Positions 19,565 to 27,383 of a DNA stretch of 27,383 nt are shown here, in pieces (position 1 is the first letter of the stretch; every line of letters starts with the position of its first letter). Where the stretch lies: the NCBI GenBank assembly GCA_964611655.1, contig CAZTAY010000016.1, positions 1 through 27,383 of the forward strand, read 5' to 3'. The position numbers were made by a program, and so were the translations under genes. This stretch comes from an uncultured Eubacteriales bacterium. Its GTDB lineage: Bacteria > Bacillota > Clostridia > Lachnospirales > CAZTAY01. The notes under the pieces were generated by a model. That model searched no databases. It was not told the DNA's origin and worked only from the letters and a program-made list of their open reading frames with translations.

Positions 19565-20638
19565 TTGAACTATTTAGATAAATACGGAGCCAGTGAACGA
19601 TTTTACAATGAAGCAACACTTTATCCATCATTAGATATGTGTAGGGTAGTTTCTCAGTCTAAAGACATTTTTAAGATTGTAGGTGTTGAAGGTGAAATTT
19701 TAGCAGAGGTTTCCGGTAAATTCAGATATGAGACAAAAAGCACAGAGGATTTTCCTGTTGTCGGAGATTTTGTAATGGTTGATAGAACCAGTGACAAAAC
19801 AGGAAATGCCATAATACATCATGTCTTAAACAGAAAAAGTTCGTTTGTGCGCAAGGGCGTTGGTCAAACTAGCCAGACACAGGTGGTAGCTGCAAACATC
19901 GACATTGTTTTTATTTGCATGGCACTTAACAATGATTATAATCTTAGTAGGCTAGAAAGATATGTTTCTATAGCTTGGGATAGCAGGGCAACACCGATTG
20001 TGGTTCTAACTAAATCAGATGTTTGCACTGATGTTTTACGAAAGCAAGATGAAGTTTCAGCTGTTGCAATAGGCGTTGACGTAATAGTAACAACAAGCTT
20101 TAATGAGGCGTCATATGATAAACTTATGCCTTATCTAAAGACAGGGGTTACAGCTTCGTTTATAGGCTCATCTGGTGTTGGTAAATCAACTTTAATAAAT
20201 TGTCTTGCTGGAAAAGAAATATTAACAACTTCTGAAACCAGAAAAGATGACAAAGGACGACATACATCCACAAGTCGGGAGTTAATAGTTTTACCGCAAG
20301 GTGGCATAGTGATTGATACACCGGGAATGAGAGCTATTGGTGTTGAATACGCTGATTTATCAAAATCCTTTTCAGAAATTGACATGCTTTCTAAGCAGTG
20401 CAGGTTCAGTGATTGTTCACATACGAAAGAACCTGGATGTGCTATAAAAAATGCACTAGAAACTGGAGAGCTTGATCAAAGACGTTATGAAAGTTATATT
20501 AAGTTAAAAAAAGAAACCAAGTATGACGGACTTACTTCAAAAGAAATTGAAACAGTCAAATTAAACACAATGTTTGGCGGAGTTGGTGGAATGAAGAAAG
20601 CAAGGAAATTTATGAAAGAAAATAACAAACGGAAATAA
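19565..20638 (+). CDS. rsgA: Ribosome small-subunit-dependent GTPase A (long YjeQ-type with N-terminal OB fold). TTG start.
   Basis: AGGAGG at 19551-19556 then TTG 19565. Circularly permuted GTPase motifs (TKSD, GSSGVGKSTLIN). C-terminal zinc knuckle CRFSDCSHTKEPGC. Confidence 0.85.
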   Translation: MNYLDKYGASERFYNEATLYPSLDMCRVVSQSKDIFKIVGVEGEILAEVSGKFRYETKSTEDFPVVGDFVMVDRTSDKTGNAIIHHVLNRKSSFVRKGVGQTSQTQVVAANIDIVFICMALNNDYNLSRLERYVSIAWDSRATPIVVLTKSDVCTDVLRKQDEVSAVAIGVDVIVTTSFNEASYDKLMPYLKTGVTASFIGSSGVGKSTLINCLAGKEILTTSETRKDDKGRHTSTSRELIVLPQGGIVIDTPGMRAIGVEYADLSKSFSEIDMLSKQCRFSDCSHTKEPGCAIKNALETGELDQRRYESYIKLKKETKYDGLTSKEIETVKLNTMFGGVGGMKKARKFMKENNKRK

Positions 20639-20656
20639 AAAGTACAATACTAAAGC

Positions 20657-20697
20657 AAAGGAAAGGCGTTGGTAACAACGTCTTTCCTTTTACGTTT
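20657..20697. terminator. Bidirectional intrinsic terminator between rsgA (+) and the GyrI-like gene (-)
   Basis: AAAGGAAAGGCGTTG-GTAA-CAACGTCTTTCCTTT (15-bp stem with one G:T pair), followed by TACGTTT. Confidence 0.6.
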
Positions 20698-20706
20698 ACA
20701 GTGGTT

Positions 20707-21189
20707 CTATTTCTTTATAACAGGAATCCAAATTTCACTCTTGTAAGTTGGAGATGTAATATCACCATCCGAATACCACTCTATTTCAGGTGTTTTAGCG
20801 TGTTCGTAACCAGATGTTGGAAGCCATTCCGAGTAAATACGATTCCATAGTTTATGAAGCGCATCAGGCATAGCACCAATTGACTCGAAGATTGCCCAAG
20901 TAGAACCAGGAATGTCTAGGGATAATAAGTGTTCGGGGCAAGTTTTTGTTGTTGCTGTACCAATCCAGTAATCAAACCCATTGTTATACATGTTTGCGCA
21001 AACGCCTAGAAGACCAGATGGTTCTCTGTTTGAATATGAACATATATCTTCTGATTGTTCTTTTGAAAGGTTCTGCCACATCTGAGGAATTTTTGAATGG
21101 TTTTCTTCATTTTCTAATGATATAAACTCCTTTATACCTACAATAGTGAACCCTTCTTTGTTTTCAATTCTGTAATTCATAGCTATCAC
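20707..21189 (-). CDS. GyrI-like small-molecule-binding domain protein (AraC/BmrR effector-binding domain fold), stand-alone
   Basis: GFTIVGI...IPQMW...YWIGTAT...IPGSTWAIFESIG...IYSEWLPTSGYEHAKTPEIEWY...EIWIPV matches the GyrI-like duplicated fold. GGAG RBS. Same strand as the WYL pair, 71 nt downstream, with no hairpin between them. Confidence 0.7.
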   Translation of the reverse strand: MIAMNYRIENKEGFTIVGIKEFISLENEENHSKIPQMWQNLSKEQSEDICSYSNREPSGLLGVCANMYNNGFDYWIGTATTKTCPEHLLSLDIPGSTWAIFESIGAMPDALHKLWNRIYSEWLPTSGYEHAKTPEIEWYSDGDITSPTYKSEIWIPVIKK

Positions 21190-21260
21190 TCCTATATTTT
21201 ATTTTGTAATGCTTTTTCTCTGGCTTTAGAGTATAGGTTTAAATTGCTTTTAGTATATCA

Positions 21261-22223
21261 TTAAACTAATAAAACTTGCTTTTCTATCCTCTCACGGATT
21301 TGATCTAAAAAATCCTTGTGACCCAAAACTTTTACTACAGGTCCAAAGCTAAGTATCCTGATGAGCAGTTCTGACTCATCCCTGATATCGTAAAATATTC
21401 TGCAGATGTAGCTATCTGTAGCTTCGTCGTATTCAGTTTGTTTTTCCATAGAAGCAAATTGCAACATACAACGCTCTAATGCATTGCGGTATGGTAATAT
21501 CTGAAGAACTATAGGCTCTTTAAAAGTGTTTTTCTCTATAACATTTCTATCTGTTTCTATAGAAAAGAAATTTTGTGACACATCCACAGACTTTATTCTT
21601 GATAAATTCAGTACCACCTTCCCCATTCGGTTACCTTTAGTGTTGACAGCAATTAGCCGAAATTTATCATCTCGCTCCGAATAGTTTAGTTTTACTGGCA
21701 TAAAGCAGTTGTTGGAGCGTTTGCCTTTTCCACTGTCATACTCAATTCTTAACTCCCTTTTGTACCTTATGGCTGATATAATGGTTCTGAAATTATTTTT
21801 ATACTGTTGGCTGTCGTACCTGTCTCCATCTGCTGCAGCATCAAAACAATGGAAATCGCTATTTTCGTACAATGTCTCTACATCTTCTAATAAGTCATTA
21901 AGTCGTTTTATTTGTGATTCATCAAGAAAAAGAGTAATTCTTTTATCATTTAGTAATGATTTTAACCATGACTTCTGTAGAGTTGTTATAGGTGTTTTAA
22001 GGTTATTTGAATCAAGCCTATTCAATAAATTCCATTCGCTGGACTGTAAGTATGGCATAATAAAGAATGAGCTTTCAGAAAAAGCGTTAGAGTTTATGAT
22101 TTCTGTAATTTCATCATAGGTTAGCGGATTTTTTTGTGCCGCTTCCAAAACCTTTCGTATTGCTCTGAAGTAACAGCTATAAATTTCCGAAAACAACTCC
22201 AAATTAATCTGCCCCCTCTTCAC
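21261..22223 (-). CDS. HTH-WYL-WCX transcription regulator paralog B (PafC/YobV-like architecture)
   Basis: N-terminal helix-turn-helix-like segment (LTYDEITEIIN). WYL-type domain (RELRIEYDSGKGKRSNNCFMPVKLNYSERDDKFRLIAV...LSRIKSVDV). C-terminal WCX-like tail (IRILSFGPVVKVLGHKDFLDQIRERI). GTG 22223 overlaps the upstream gene by 20 nt; an alternative TTG 22202 with an AGAGGGGG RBS gives a 1-nt gap. Confidence 0.65.
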   Translation of the reverse strand: MKRGQINLELFSEIYSCYFRAIRKVLEAAQKNPLTYDEITEIINSNAFSESSFFIMPYLQSSEWNLLNRLDSNNLKTPITTLQKSWLKSLLNDKRITLFLDESQIKRLNDLLEDVETLYENSDFHCFDAAADGDRYDSQQYKNNFRTIISAIRYKRELRIEYDSGKGKRSNNCFMPVKLNYSERDDKFRLIAVNTKGNRMGKVVLNLSRIKSVDVSQNFFSIETDRNVIEKNTFKEPIVLQILPYRNALERCMLQFASMEKQTEYDEATDSYICRIFYDIRDESELLIRILSFGPVVKVLGHKDFLDQIRERIEKQVLLV

Positions 22224-23445
22224 AATACATTTTGTGCATATTAGCTATATCACTATAGAATCTTTCAATAACGACGCTGTTTGTACCTTCAAGAGCAAGG
22301 ATTCTTCCTGTAAATGTCTTAATCCATGGTGTCATCTCATTTGTGTCATAGCATTCCTTTGTGTATAGGAAAGTATTGGTATCTAGTTTTATAAGGCTTC
22401 CGCCTCGTCCTTCCCTATTGATTCTTTCTATAACGAAATGTTCATTTTCTTCATTAATAAATAACTTCATAGACAGCAATTCAATTCTGTTTCTACCGCC
22501 AAAACCCACGCCCCAGACCTTATCAATGTTTGTGTTCAGTTTATTACGTAGATTAATAGCGTCAGGTGACTCTGCCAAGATTTTAACGGATTTAATATAG
22601 TCAATCCTAAAACAAGAAAAGCGGTTTCTTTTTATGTTATGTACACAGACATATCTTCTGCCAGTAGTTGCGGATAGAAAAATCTTAAGAGGAATACCTT
22701 CATAATAAGTAGTAGTATTTGTGCGATTGCTGGCGTTTTCAAAGCTAATGGTTCTGTTTTGCCTTATTGCAGACAATAAATCAAATAAAATTCCGTCCTC
22801 CAGTGTATGTACTATGTAGTGGTGCTTAAATGAAAATATATCATTCACTAAATCGTTATTATCCAGGATAAAGCTTCCAACCTCACCGAAAGGAGCCGAC
22901 TCCATAAAAAATTTTACTGCATCCGGCAGCAAAGGAAAATCTTTTCCTAGATTTTCAAAATAAAGGCTTGAAAGGGCGTAGAGAATTGATTTACCATGTT
23001 TTTTGTTAGTCAATATTCCCTCAGCAACATACTCAATACATTTCAATCTAACGGTTTGCACATCAAATATCTTTTCGCTTTTGAGACAGATAATTTCAGT
23101 TAAATTTGCTACAGACAAATAAGAACCGTCTGACAGAGAATCAATTAAATAAAAATGCAGCATAATATCGTTTGAGGTAAAGCTTTTGGATTTCCATGCT
23201 GCGTATAATGGATTTTGGCTAATATTTGCCGAGTCAAGAGAAATATTTGTTTTCTTGCCACTCGATGAATATTCCCATCTTATAAACTCTCCAAGATAGG
23301 ATTCAATTCTTCTTTTTTCGTTGTCATATGTACGGAGGGATTTGCTCTTGAAATCTCCACGGGATTTAAAACCATAAATATAAAAATCTCGCATATAATC
23401 CCTTATTTTATTAAAGTTTTTAATTAACTCAGAAAAAGCAGCCAT
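22204..23445 (-). CDS. HTH-WYL-WCX transcription regulator paralog A, with an about 130-aa insertion between the HTH and WYL domains
   Basis: N-terminal DeoR-like recognition helix (KSLRTYDNEKRRIESYL). WYL-type domain (IPLKIFLSATTGRRYVCVHNIKRNRFSCFRIDYIKSVKIL). WCX-like C-terminus (IKTFTGRILALEGTNSVVIERF). AAGGTGA RBS. Divergent from rtcB. Confidence 0.6.
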   Translation of the reverse strand: MAAFSELIKNFNKIRDYMRDFYIYGFKSRGDFKSKSLRTYDNEKRRIESYLGEFIRWEYSSSGKKTNISLDSANISQNPLYAAWKSKSFTSNDIMLHFYLIDSLSDGSYLSVANLTEIICLKSEKIFDVQTVRLKCIEYVAEGILTNKKHGKSILYALSSLYFENLGKDFPLLPDAVKFFMESAPFGEVGSFILDNNDLVNDIFSFKHHYIVHTLEDGILFDLLSAIRQNRTISFENASNRTNTTTYYEGIPLKIFLSATTGRRYVCVHNIKRNRFSCFRIDYIKSVKILAESPDAINLRNKLNTNIDKVWGVGFGGRNRIELLSMKLFINEENEHFVIERINREGRGGSLIKLDTNTFLYTKECYDTNEMTPWIKTFTGRILALEGTNSVVIERFYSDIANMHKMYCEEGAD

Positions 23446-23560
23446 AGTATCACCTTACTTTATTTTATACCAATACTTTCCTCTTCGCAAACTTTTTTAA
23501 ATGAACCGTTTTTAAAATAATGATAGACTATATTTAACCTAAAAGTAAGGAGTTGATTGT

Positions 23561-24793
23561 ATGTTTGTTATCTCAAACGAAAAAACAAAAGTACCAATAA
23601 AAATATGGTTACAGGATGAAAGCAAGGTGGAAAACTCTTGTTTGGAGCAGGCGTATAATCTGTCTAATCTGCCATTTCTACATAAATGGGTGTCCCTGAT
23701 GCCAGACACTCATACAGGAATGGGAATGCCCATAGGCGGAATTATTGCAACAGAAGGTGTGATTATCCCTAATGCAGTTGGAGTTGACATAGGTTGTGGA
23801 ATGGGTTTCATGGGAACAGATATCAGGGTTTCTGATATAAAAGATATTAAAACAGGCAACGGAAGCTTTATCCAAGCTATTGTGGGCGATATATTAAGAA
23901 ATATTCCCGTTGGTTTTAATCATCACAAACAAGCCAAAGACTGCTTGACACTTGATATGGCAAAGAATGAAATGAATAAATACGAGAACAACGCTGAATT
24001 GATTAGTGAAATGGAAGCTGGCTATTTTCAAGTTGGCACATTAGGTGGCGGAAATCATTTTATTGAGTTGCAGGAGGATGACGAAGGCTATTTGGGAATT
24101 ATGCTACACTCCGGCAGTCGACACTTTGGAAAAAAGATTTGTGATTTATTTCAGCACAAAGCAAAAGCTCTGAACCAAAGATGGTTTTCAGAAGTTCCCG
24201 ATCATTACCGTTTGGCTTTCCTGCCTGTAGATACTGACGAGGGAAGGCAGTATATAAATTGGATGAATCTTGCTCTTGATTTTGCTGCAGAAAACAGACA
24301 AAAAATGATGTTAGCTGTAAAAGAAATTCTAAACAGATATATTACAAAGTTCACAGATATAAAATATTCGTATACCCTAGAAATCAACTGTCATCATAAT
24401 TATGCTGCAATGGAACATCATTACGGAAAGAATGTTTGGGTTCACCGTAAGGGTGCAATCAGAGCGAGAAAGGGTGACATGGGTATAATTCCCGGTGCAA
24501 TGGGATCATACAGCTATATTGTAGAAGGTCTGGGGAATGAGATGAGTTTTCATTCCTCATCACATGGTGCTGGAAGACTATACTCAAGAACAGCAGCAAT
24601 GGCTAACTTTTCAACAGAGGAAGTAATGCTTGACCTAAAAGAAAGTGGTGTTGTGCTAGGTAAGCACAACAAAAAAGACGTTGCAGATGAAAGTCGTTTC
24701 GCATACAAAAATATAGATGAAGTTATGGAAAACCAGAAGGATTTGGTTAAACCTATTAAGCGTTTGAAAACAATTGGAGTGGTTAAAGGATAA
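23561..24793 (+). CDS. rtcB: RNA-splicing ligase RtcB (3'-phosphate/5'-OH RNA ligase)
   Basis: Metal and GTP-binding motifs MPDTHTGMGMPIGG, GVDIGCGMG, GGGNHFIE, HRKGA and HGAGR. 410 aa (E. coli-length RtcB). AAGGAG RBS. No rtcA adjacent. Confidence 0.9.
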   Translation: MFVISNEKTKVPIKIWLQDESKVENSCLEQAYNLSNLPFLHKWVSLMPDTHTGMGMPIGGIIATEGVIIPNAVGVDIGCGMGFMGTDIRVSDIKDIKTGNGSFIQAIVGDILRNIPVGFNHHKQAKDCLTLDMAKNEMNKYENNAELISEMEAGYFQVGTLGGGNHFIELQEDDEGYLGIMLHSGSRHFGKKICDLFQHKAKALNQRWFSEVPDHYRLAFLPVDTDEGRQYINWMNLALDFAAENRQKMMLAVKEILNRYITKFTDIKYSYTLEINCHHNYAAMEHHYGKNVWVHRKGAIRARKGDMGIIPGAMGSYSYIVEGLGNEMSFHSSSHGAGRLYSRTAAMANFSTEEVMLDLKESGVVLGKHNKKDVADESRFAYKNIDEVMENQKDLVKPIKRLKTIGVVKG

Positions 24794-24892
24794 TTATGCT
24801 TAGGCATATTATATAGGTCTTTCAATCTATGCTAAGGGGTAAGACCCTTGCGGTGCTGTAGGCGTGCCTATTGGTATACCGAATGAAAGAAC

Positions 24893-25047
24893 GGCTCTGA
24901 AATGAGCCTTTGCATTCCGATATTATCGGACATGCGACTGGTATGTCGGCGGTTCGAATCCGCCCTTCGAAAGAAGTAGCTCAGAGGTAGAGCGTACCCC
25001 AAAATGGCAGGCCTCTAAGGGTTGAGGTTCGACTCCTCCAGAATGAA
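24893..25047 (+). ncRNA. Structured tRNA-like element(s): two T-arm mimics and one D-arm mimic without a canonical acceptor or anticodon stem
   Basis: GGCGG-TTCGAAT-CCGCC (24948-24964). TAGCTCAGAGGTAGAGC D-arm (24977-24993). GAGG-TTCGACT-CCTC (25024-25038). Long hairpin GCAT-TCCGAT-att-ATCGGA-C-ATGC (24912-24935) and GGCTC-tgaaat-GAGCC (24893-24908). Could not be folded into a cloverleaf by hand. Confidence 0.3.
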
Positions 25048-25382
25048 ATTCCAAGCGAGAATATGAAGGGAAAGTCTGGCTAGCTTGTGTGACTTGCAGG
25101 CAGCAACGAGAATTTTGCCAGCATTAAGGGGGATATCGTATAAAACTTTGATTCCTATTACTGTTAAAACTTGTATTTGAGTTAGAAACCCCGATATGTC
25201 GAATTTTTTTCTATACAGTAACCATGGCTGATTATAGAAAATTGACCGACAATTGTATGTTTTGAGCACTTGAATACTTGGACACTAGCCGGAAACAAAA
25301 TGGTATACTGAACCCATAATCCGCAAAAGAATTGTGGACTTTCCCTGTTGATTCTCAAGTGTCATGAATGGAGATGAAAAAA

Positions 25383-26477
25383 ATGAAGGTTATCATTACA
25401 GAAAATGAAAGAGGATTATTATTCAAAAACGGCAGTTTTCTCCGTATGCTTAAACCTGGCAAACACATAGTTTGGAGCATTCTTGGTGAAAGTGTTAAAA
25501 TAAGTAAAATTAATGGTATTGTTAAAATTGAAGACATTGATAATAATATTTTATTAAAAGAAAAAGAATTTGAAAATTCGATTGTAACTATCGATGTTCC
25601 TGACGGATATTTTGCCATTAGGTATGAAGATGGAAGGGTGGCAGAAACCCTTTCAACAGGTTCATACTGTATTTGGAATATCCTACGCAAGAGTACATTC
25701 CGATTAATTGATTTAACAAAGCCTGACATAACAGAGCTTGGCTCAAAAGACTTATCGGCTATTCCTCTCAAACATTACATAAGGGTGGAAGTTCCAAGCG
25801 GTTTTATGGGTTTACTGTACTTTGACGGTTCTTTTCAGCGAACACTTGAAAACGGTACGTATTTCTTCTGGAATGGAAGTGTTAAGGTAGAATACCAACT
25901 TGTGGAAATGCGTGTTCAGCAAATCGACATATCTGGTCAGGAGATTCTTACGGCAGATAAAGTAAGTTTGCGTATAAACTTCGTTTGCAGCTATAAAATA
26001 ACTGATCCACTTCGCATTCTAACAGAAATTAAGGACTACAAAATTCAGATACATGTTTTAACGCAACTTATTCTTAGGGAATATGTTGGGAAATACCGTT
26101 TTGATGAGCTTTTGGAGCAAAAAGAAAATATCGCTGCATTTATCCTAGAAAAGCTTAAAGAAAAACAGGATGGACTGTATGTTGAGTTTTTTGATAGTGG
26201 ATTGAAGGACATTGTTCTTCCGGGAGAAATTCGTGACATTATGAATACTGTGTTGGTAGCTGAAAAGAAGGCACAGGCAAATGTAATAACTCGCCGTGAG
26301 GAGGTTGCGTCAACCAGAAGCTTGCTTAATACTGCAAAGTTGATGGAAGAAAACAAAACACTCTTCAAACTAAAAGAACTTGAATACCTTGAAAAGATTT
26401 GTGATAAAGTGGGCAATATTTCAGTGGGTAGCGGTAATTTGTTGGGACAACTTAGCGATATAATTGCTGTTAAGTAA
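25383..26477 (+). CDS. SPFH/band-7 (slipin-like) protein with a triplicated N-terminal beta-hairpin motif and no transmembrane segment
   Basis: GGAGA then ATG 25383 (MKVIITENERG); the supplied ORF starts at 25368. Three tandem repeats of about 55 aa (G..G..F.R.L..G.Y..WN pattern) are followed by an SPFH core (DKVSLRINFVCSYKITDP...REYVGKYRFDELL...VEFFDSGLKDIVLPGEIRDIM...AEKKAQAN). Confidence 0.7.
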   Translation: MKVIITENERGLLFKNGSFLRMLKPGKHIVWSILGESVKISKINGIVKIEDIDNNILLKEKEFENSIVTIDVPDGYFAIRYEDGRVAETLSTGSYCIWNILRKSTFRLIDLTKPDITELGSKDLSAIPLKHYIRVEVPSGFMGLLYFDGSFQRTLENGTYFFWNGSVKVEYQLVEMRVQQIDISGQEILTADKVSLRINFVCSYKITDPLRILTEIKDYKIQIHVLTQLILREYVGKYRFDELLEQKENIAAFILEKLKEKQDGLYVEFFDSGLKDIVLPGEIRDIMNTVLVAEKKAQANVITRREEVASTRSLLNTAKLMEENKTLFKLKELEYLEKICDKVGNISVGSGNLLGQLSDIIAVK

Positions 26478-26485
26478 CAGATGGG

Positions 26486-26528
26486 GAAGCGAAGCTAAAC
26501 GCTAACATGGCTTTGCTTCTTTTGTTTT
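26486..26528 (+). terminator. Intrinsic terminator after the SPFH gene
   Basis: GAAGCGAAGC-(14-nt loop)-GCTTTGCTTC followed by TTTTGTTTT. Confidence 0.55.
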
Positions 26529-26642
26529 AGCATTGTTTTATTAAACACTGATATATGACATAAAATAATTTTATTAGAAAAGTCGTTAAACTATATTTTA
26601 TATCAACTGCATATAATATAAACAAAGGCAGGTGTTTTTATT

Positions 26643-27185
26643 ATGAATAGGAAATTGAGAACAGAAGAAAGATGGATTTTACTATCTATACCACTTCTTT
26701 TTATTGTTGGATCGTTGTTTCATTTTTTGTACGATATGTCAGGACATAACTCTGTTGTAGGGCTTTTTTCAGCTGTTAACGAGAGTGTTTGGGAGCATAC
26801 CAAGATGGTGGTCTTACCACCAGTTTTGTTTTGGGTAATATTCTATTTATGCAAAGGAAAACAACTATCAATTGACAAAAACAAGTGGTTTACTGCTGCT
26901 TTTGCAGCTGTGCTTACAATGATAATAACCATTCCAACCATTTTTTATTTTTACACCGAAGCTTTTGGCGTGGAGGTTTTATGGGTGGATATTTTGATTT
27001 TATTGATATCAAACATTATTGGGCAGATTATTGGTTTACATATCTATAGATATAGCAAAGGTATAAAATGGTACGTTGCAATTAAATTCATATGTTTAAT
27101 AATAATATTATATGGAATCTTTACATTTTATCCGCCACATATACCTATATTCAAAGATGGCCCAACAGGTACCTATGGTATATAG
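26643..27185 (+). CDS. Small multi-pass membrane protein (about 5 transmembrane segments), DUF-type hypothetical
   Basis: Five hydrophobic segments of about 20 aa. Conserved-looking AVNESVWEHTKM between TM1 and TM2. Weak AGGTG RBS. Its own promoter-like TATAAT lies at about 26612. Confidence 0.55.
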   Translation: MNRKLRTEERWILLSIPLLFIVGSLFHFLYDMSGHNSVVGLFSAVNESVWEHTKMVVLPPVLFWVIFYLCKGKQLSIDKNKWFTAAFAAVLTMIITIPTIFYFYTEAFGVEVLWVDILILLISNIIGQIIGLHIYRYSKGIKWYVAIKFICLIIILYGIFTFYPPHIPIFKDGPTGTYGI

Positions 27186-27383
27186 CTAAATATCCATAAA
27201 AACTTCTAACTAAAATAATCGTATTCTATGTTGAAGTTTTGTTTGCTAATCGGTGAGTGTAACATCATAGAAAGTTAAACATAATTCTTCTAAATAATCA
27301 AATGAAAAATCCTTCCTTTTCTTGAAACTTTGTTTTGTTAGTAGAAGGTTATAATCATTGCTTCCATCTTGATTTGTAAATAT

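Noticed and set aside
21709-22600. + strand ORFs of 136 aa and 79 aa inside the WYL genes; also 13328-13630 (+) antisense to abrB, and 18078-18299 / 18802-19035 (+) inside the rhomboid gene
   Set aside because: Antisense to better-supported genes, low complexity, no RBS.
23452-23549. 9-bp inverted repeat CCTTACTTT ... AAAGTAAGG spanning the rtcB/WYL intergenic region
   Set aside because: Each copy is simply the RBS context (AAAGTAAGG-A/T-G) of one of the two divergent genes. The similarity of the two RBSs is noted, but it is probably not an operator.
24976-25047. Canonical tRNA gene (the D-arm TAGCTCAGAGGTAGAGC plus T-arm looked like a tRNA)
   Set aside because: - The inferred acceptor 5' strand (AAAGAAG) has no complementary 3' strand after the T-arm.
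- The 28-nt stretch between the D and T arms does not form a 5-bp anticodon stem with a 7-nt loop.
- Kept only as a tRNA-like element.
24794-25150. tmRNA (ssrA) suggested by the GGTTCGAATCC / GGTTCGACTCC 3'-end-like T-arms
   Set aside because: - No 5' GGGG...GGATTCGAC tRNA-like domain.
- No ...ALAA-stop tag reading frame.
- Too little room upstream (rtcB ends at 24793).
- The only ORF-like stretch (AGSNENFASIKGDIV) does not end in a degradation-tag motif.

Overview
Chromosomal segment from a low-GC, Clostridia-like spore-forming Firmicute. It carries spmA/spmB and abrB and is AT-rich with AGGAGG-type ribosome-binding sites (RBS). Most of the window is housekeeping, mainly on the + strand: a MurG-family glycosyltransferase, gyrB and gyrA, a membrane-anchored C39-like peptidase, a metallophosphoesterase, the conserved radical-SAM (TIGR03960-like) / DUF2344 / RNase G trio, abrB, spmAB, a PLP-dependent Orn/Lys/Arg decarboxylase, a UDG-family glycosylase, a rhomboid protease and a long-form RsgA GTPase.

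Four places do not look ordinary:
1. A lone large serine recombinase sits between rng and abrB. Its catalytic Tyr-x-Arg-Val-Ser motif is replaced by YICKC, so it is probably inactive or decaying.
2. An accessory-looking module at roughly 20.7-25.05 kb. Two tandem overlapping HTH-WYL-WCX paralogs plus a GyrI-like ligand-binding protein lie on the - strand, divergently transcribed from rtcB. Immediately downstream of rtcB is a structured tRNA-like element with D-arm and T-arm mimics that does not fold as a canonical tRNA. I read this as a candidate PafBC-like two-subunit sensor controlling an RNA-repair ligase, possibly with a tRNA-mimic RNA.
3. A 460-bp leader upstream of rsgA with two perfect 10-6-10 palindromes, 29-bp direct repeats, and a 6-codon mini-ORF embedded in mutually exclusive hairpins (attenuator-like).
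4. An SPFH protein with a triplicated N-terminal motif followed by a small multi-pass membrane protein.

No CRISPR array, canonical tRNA, rRNA or transposase was recognised.
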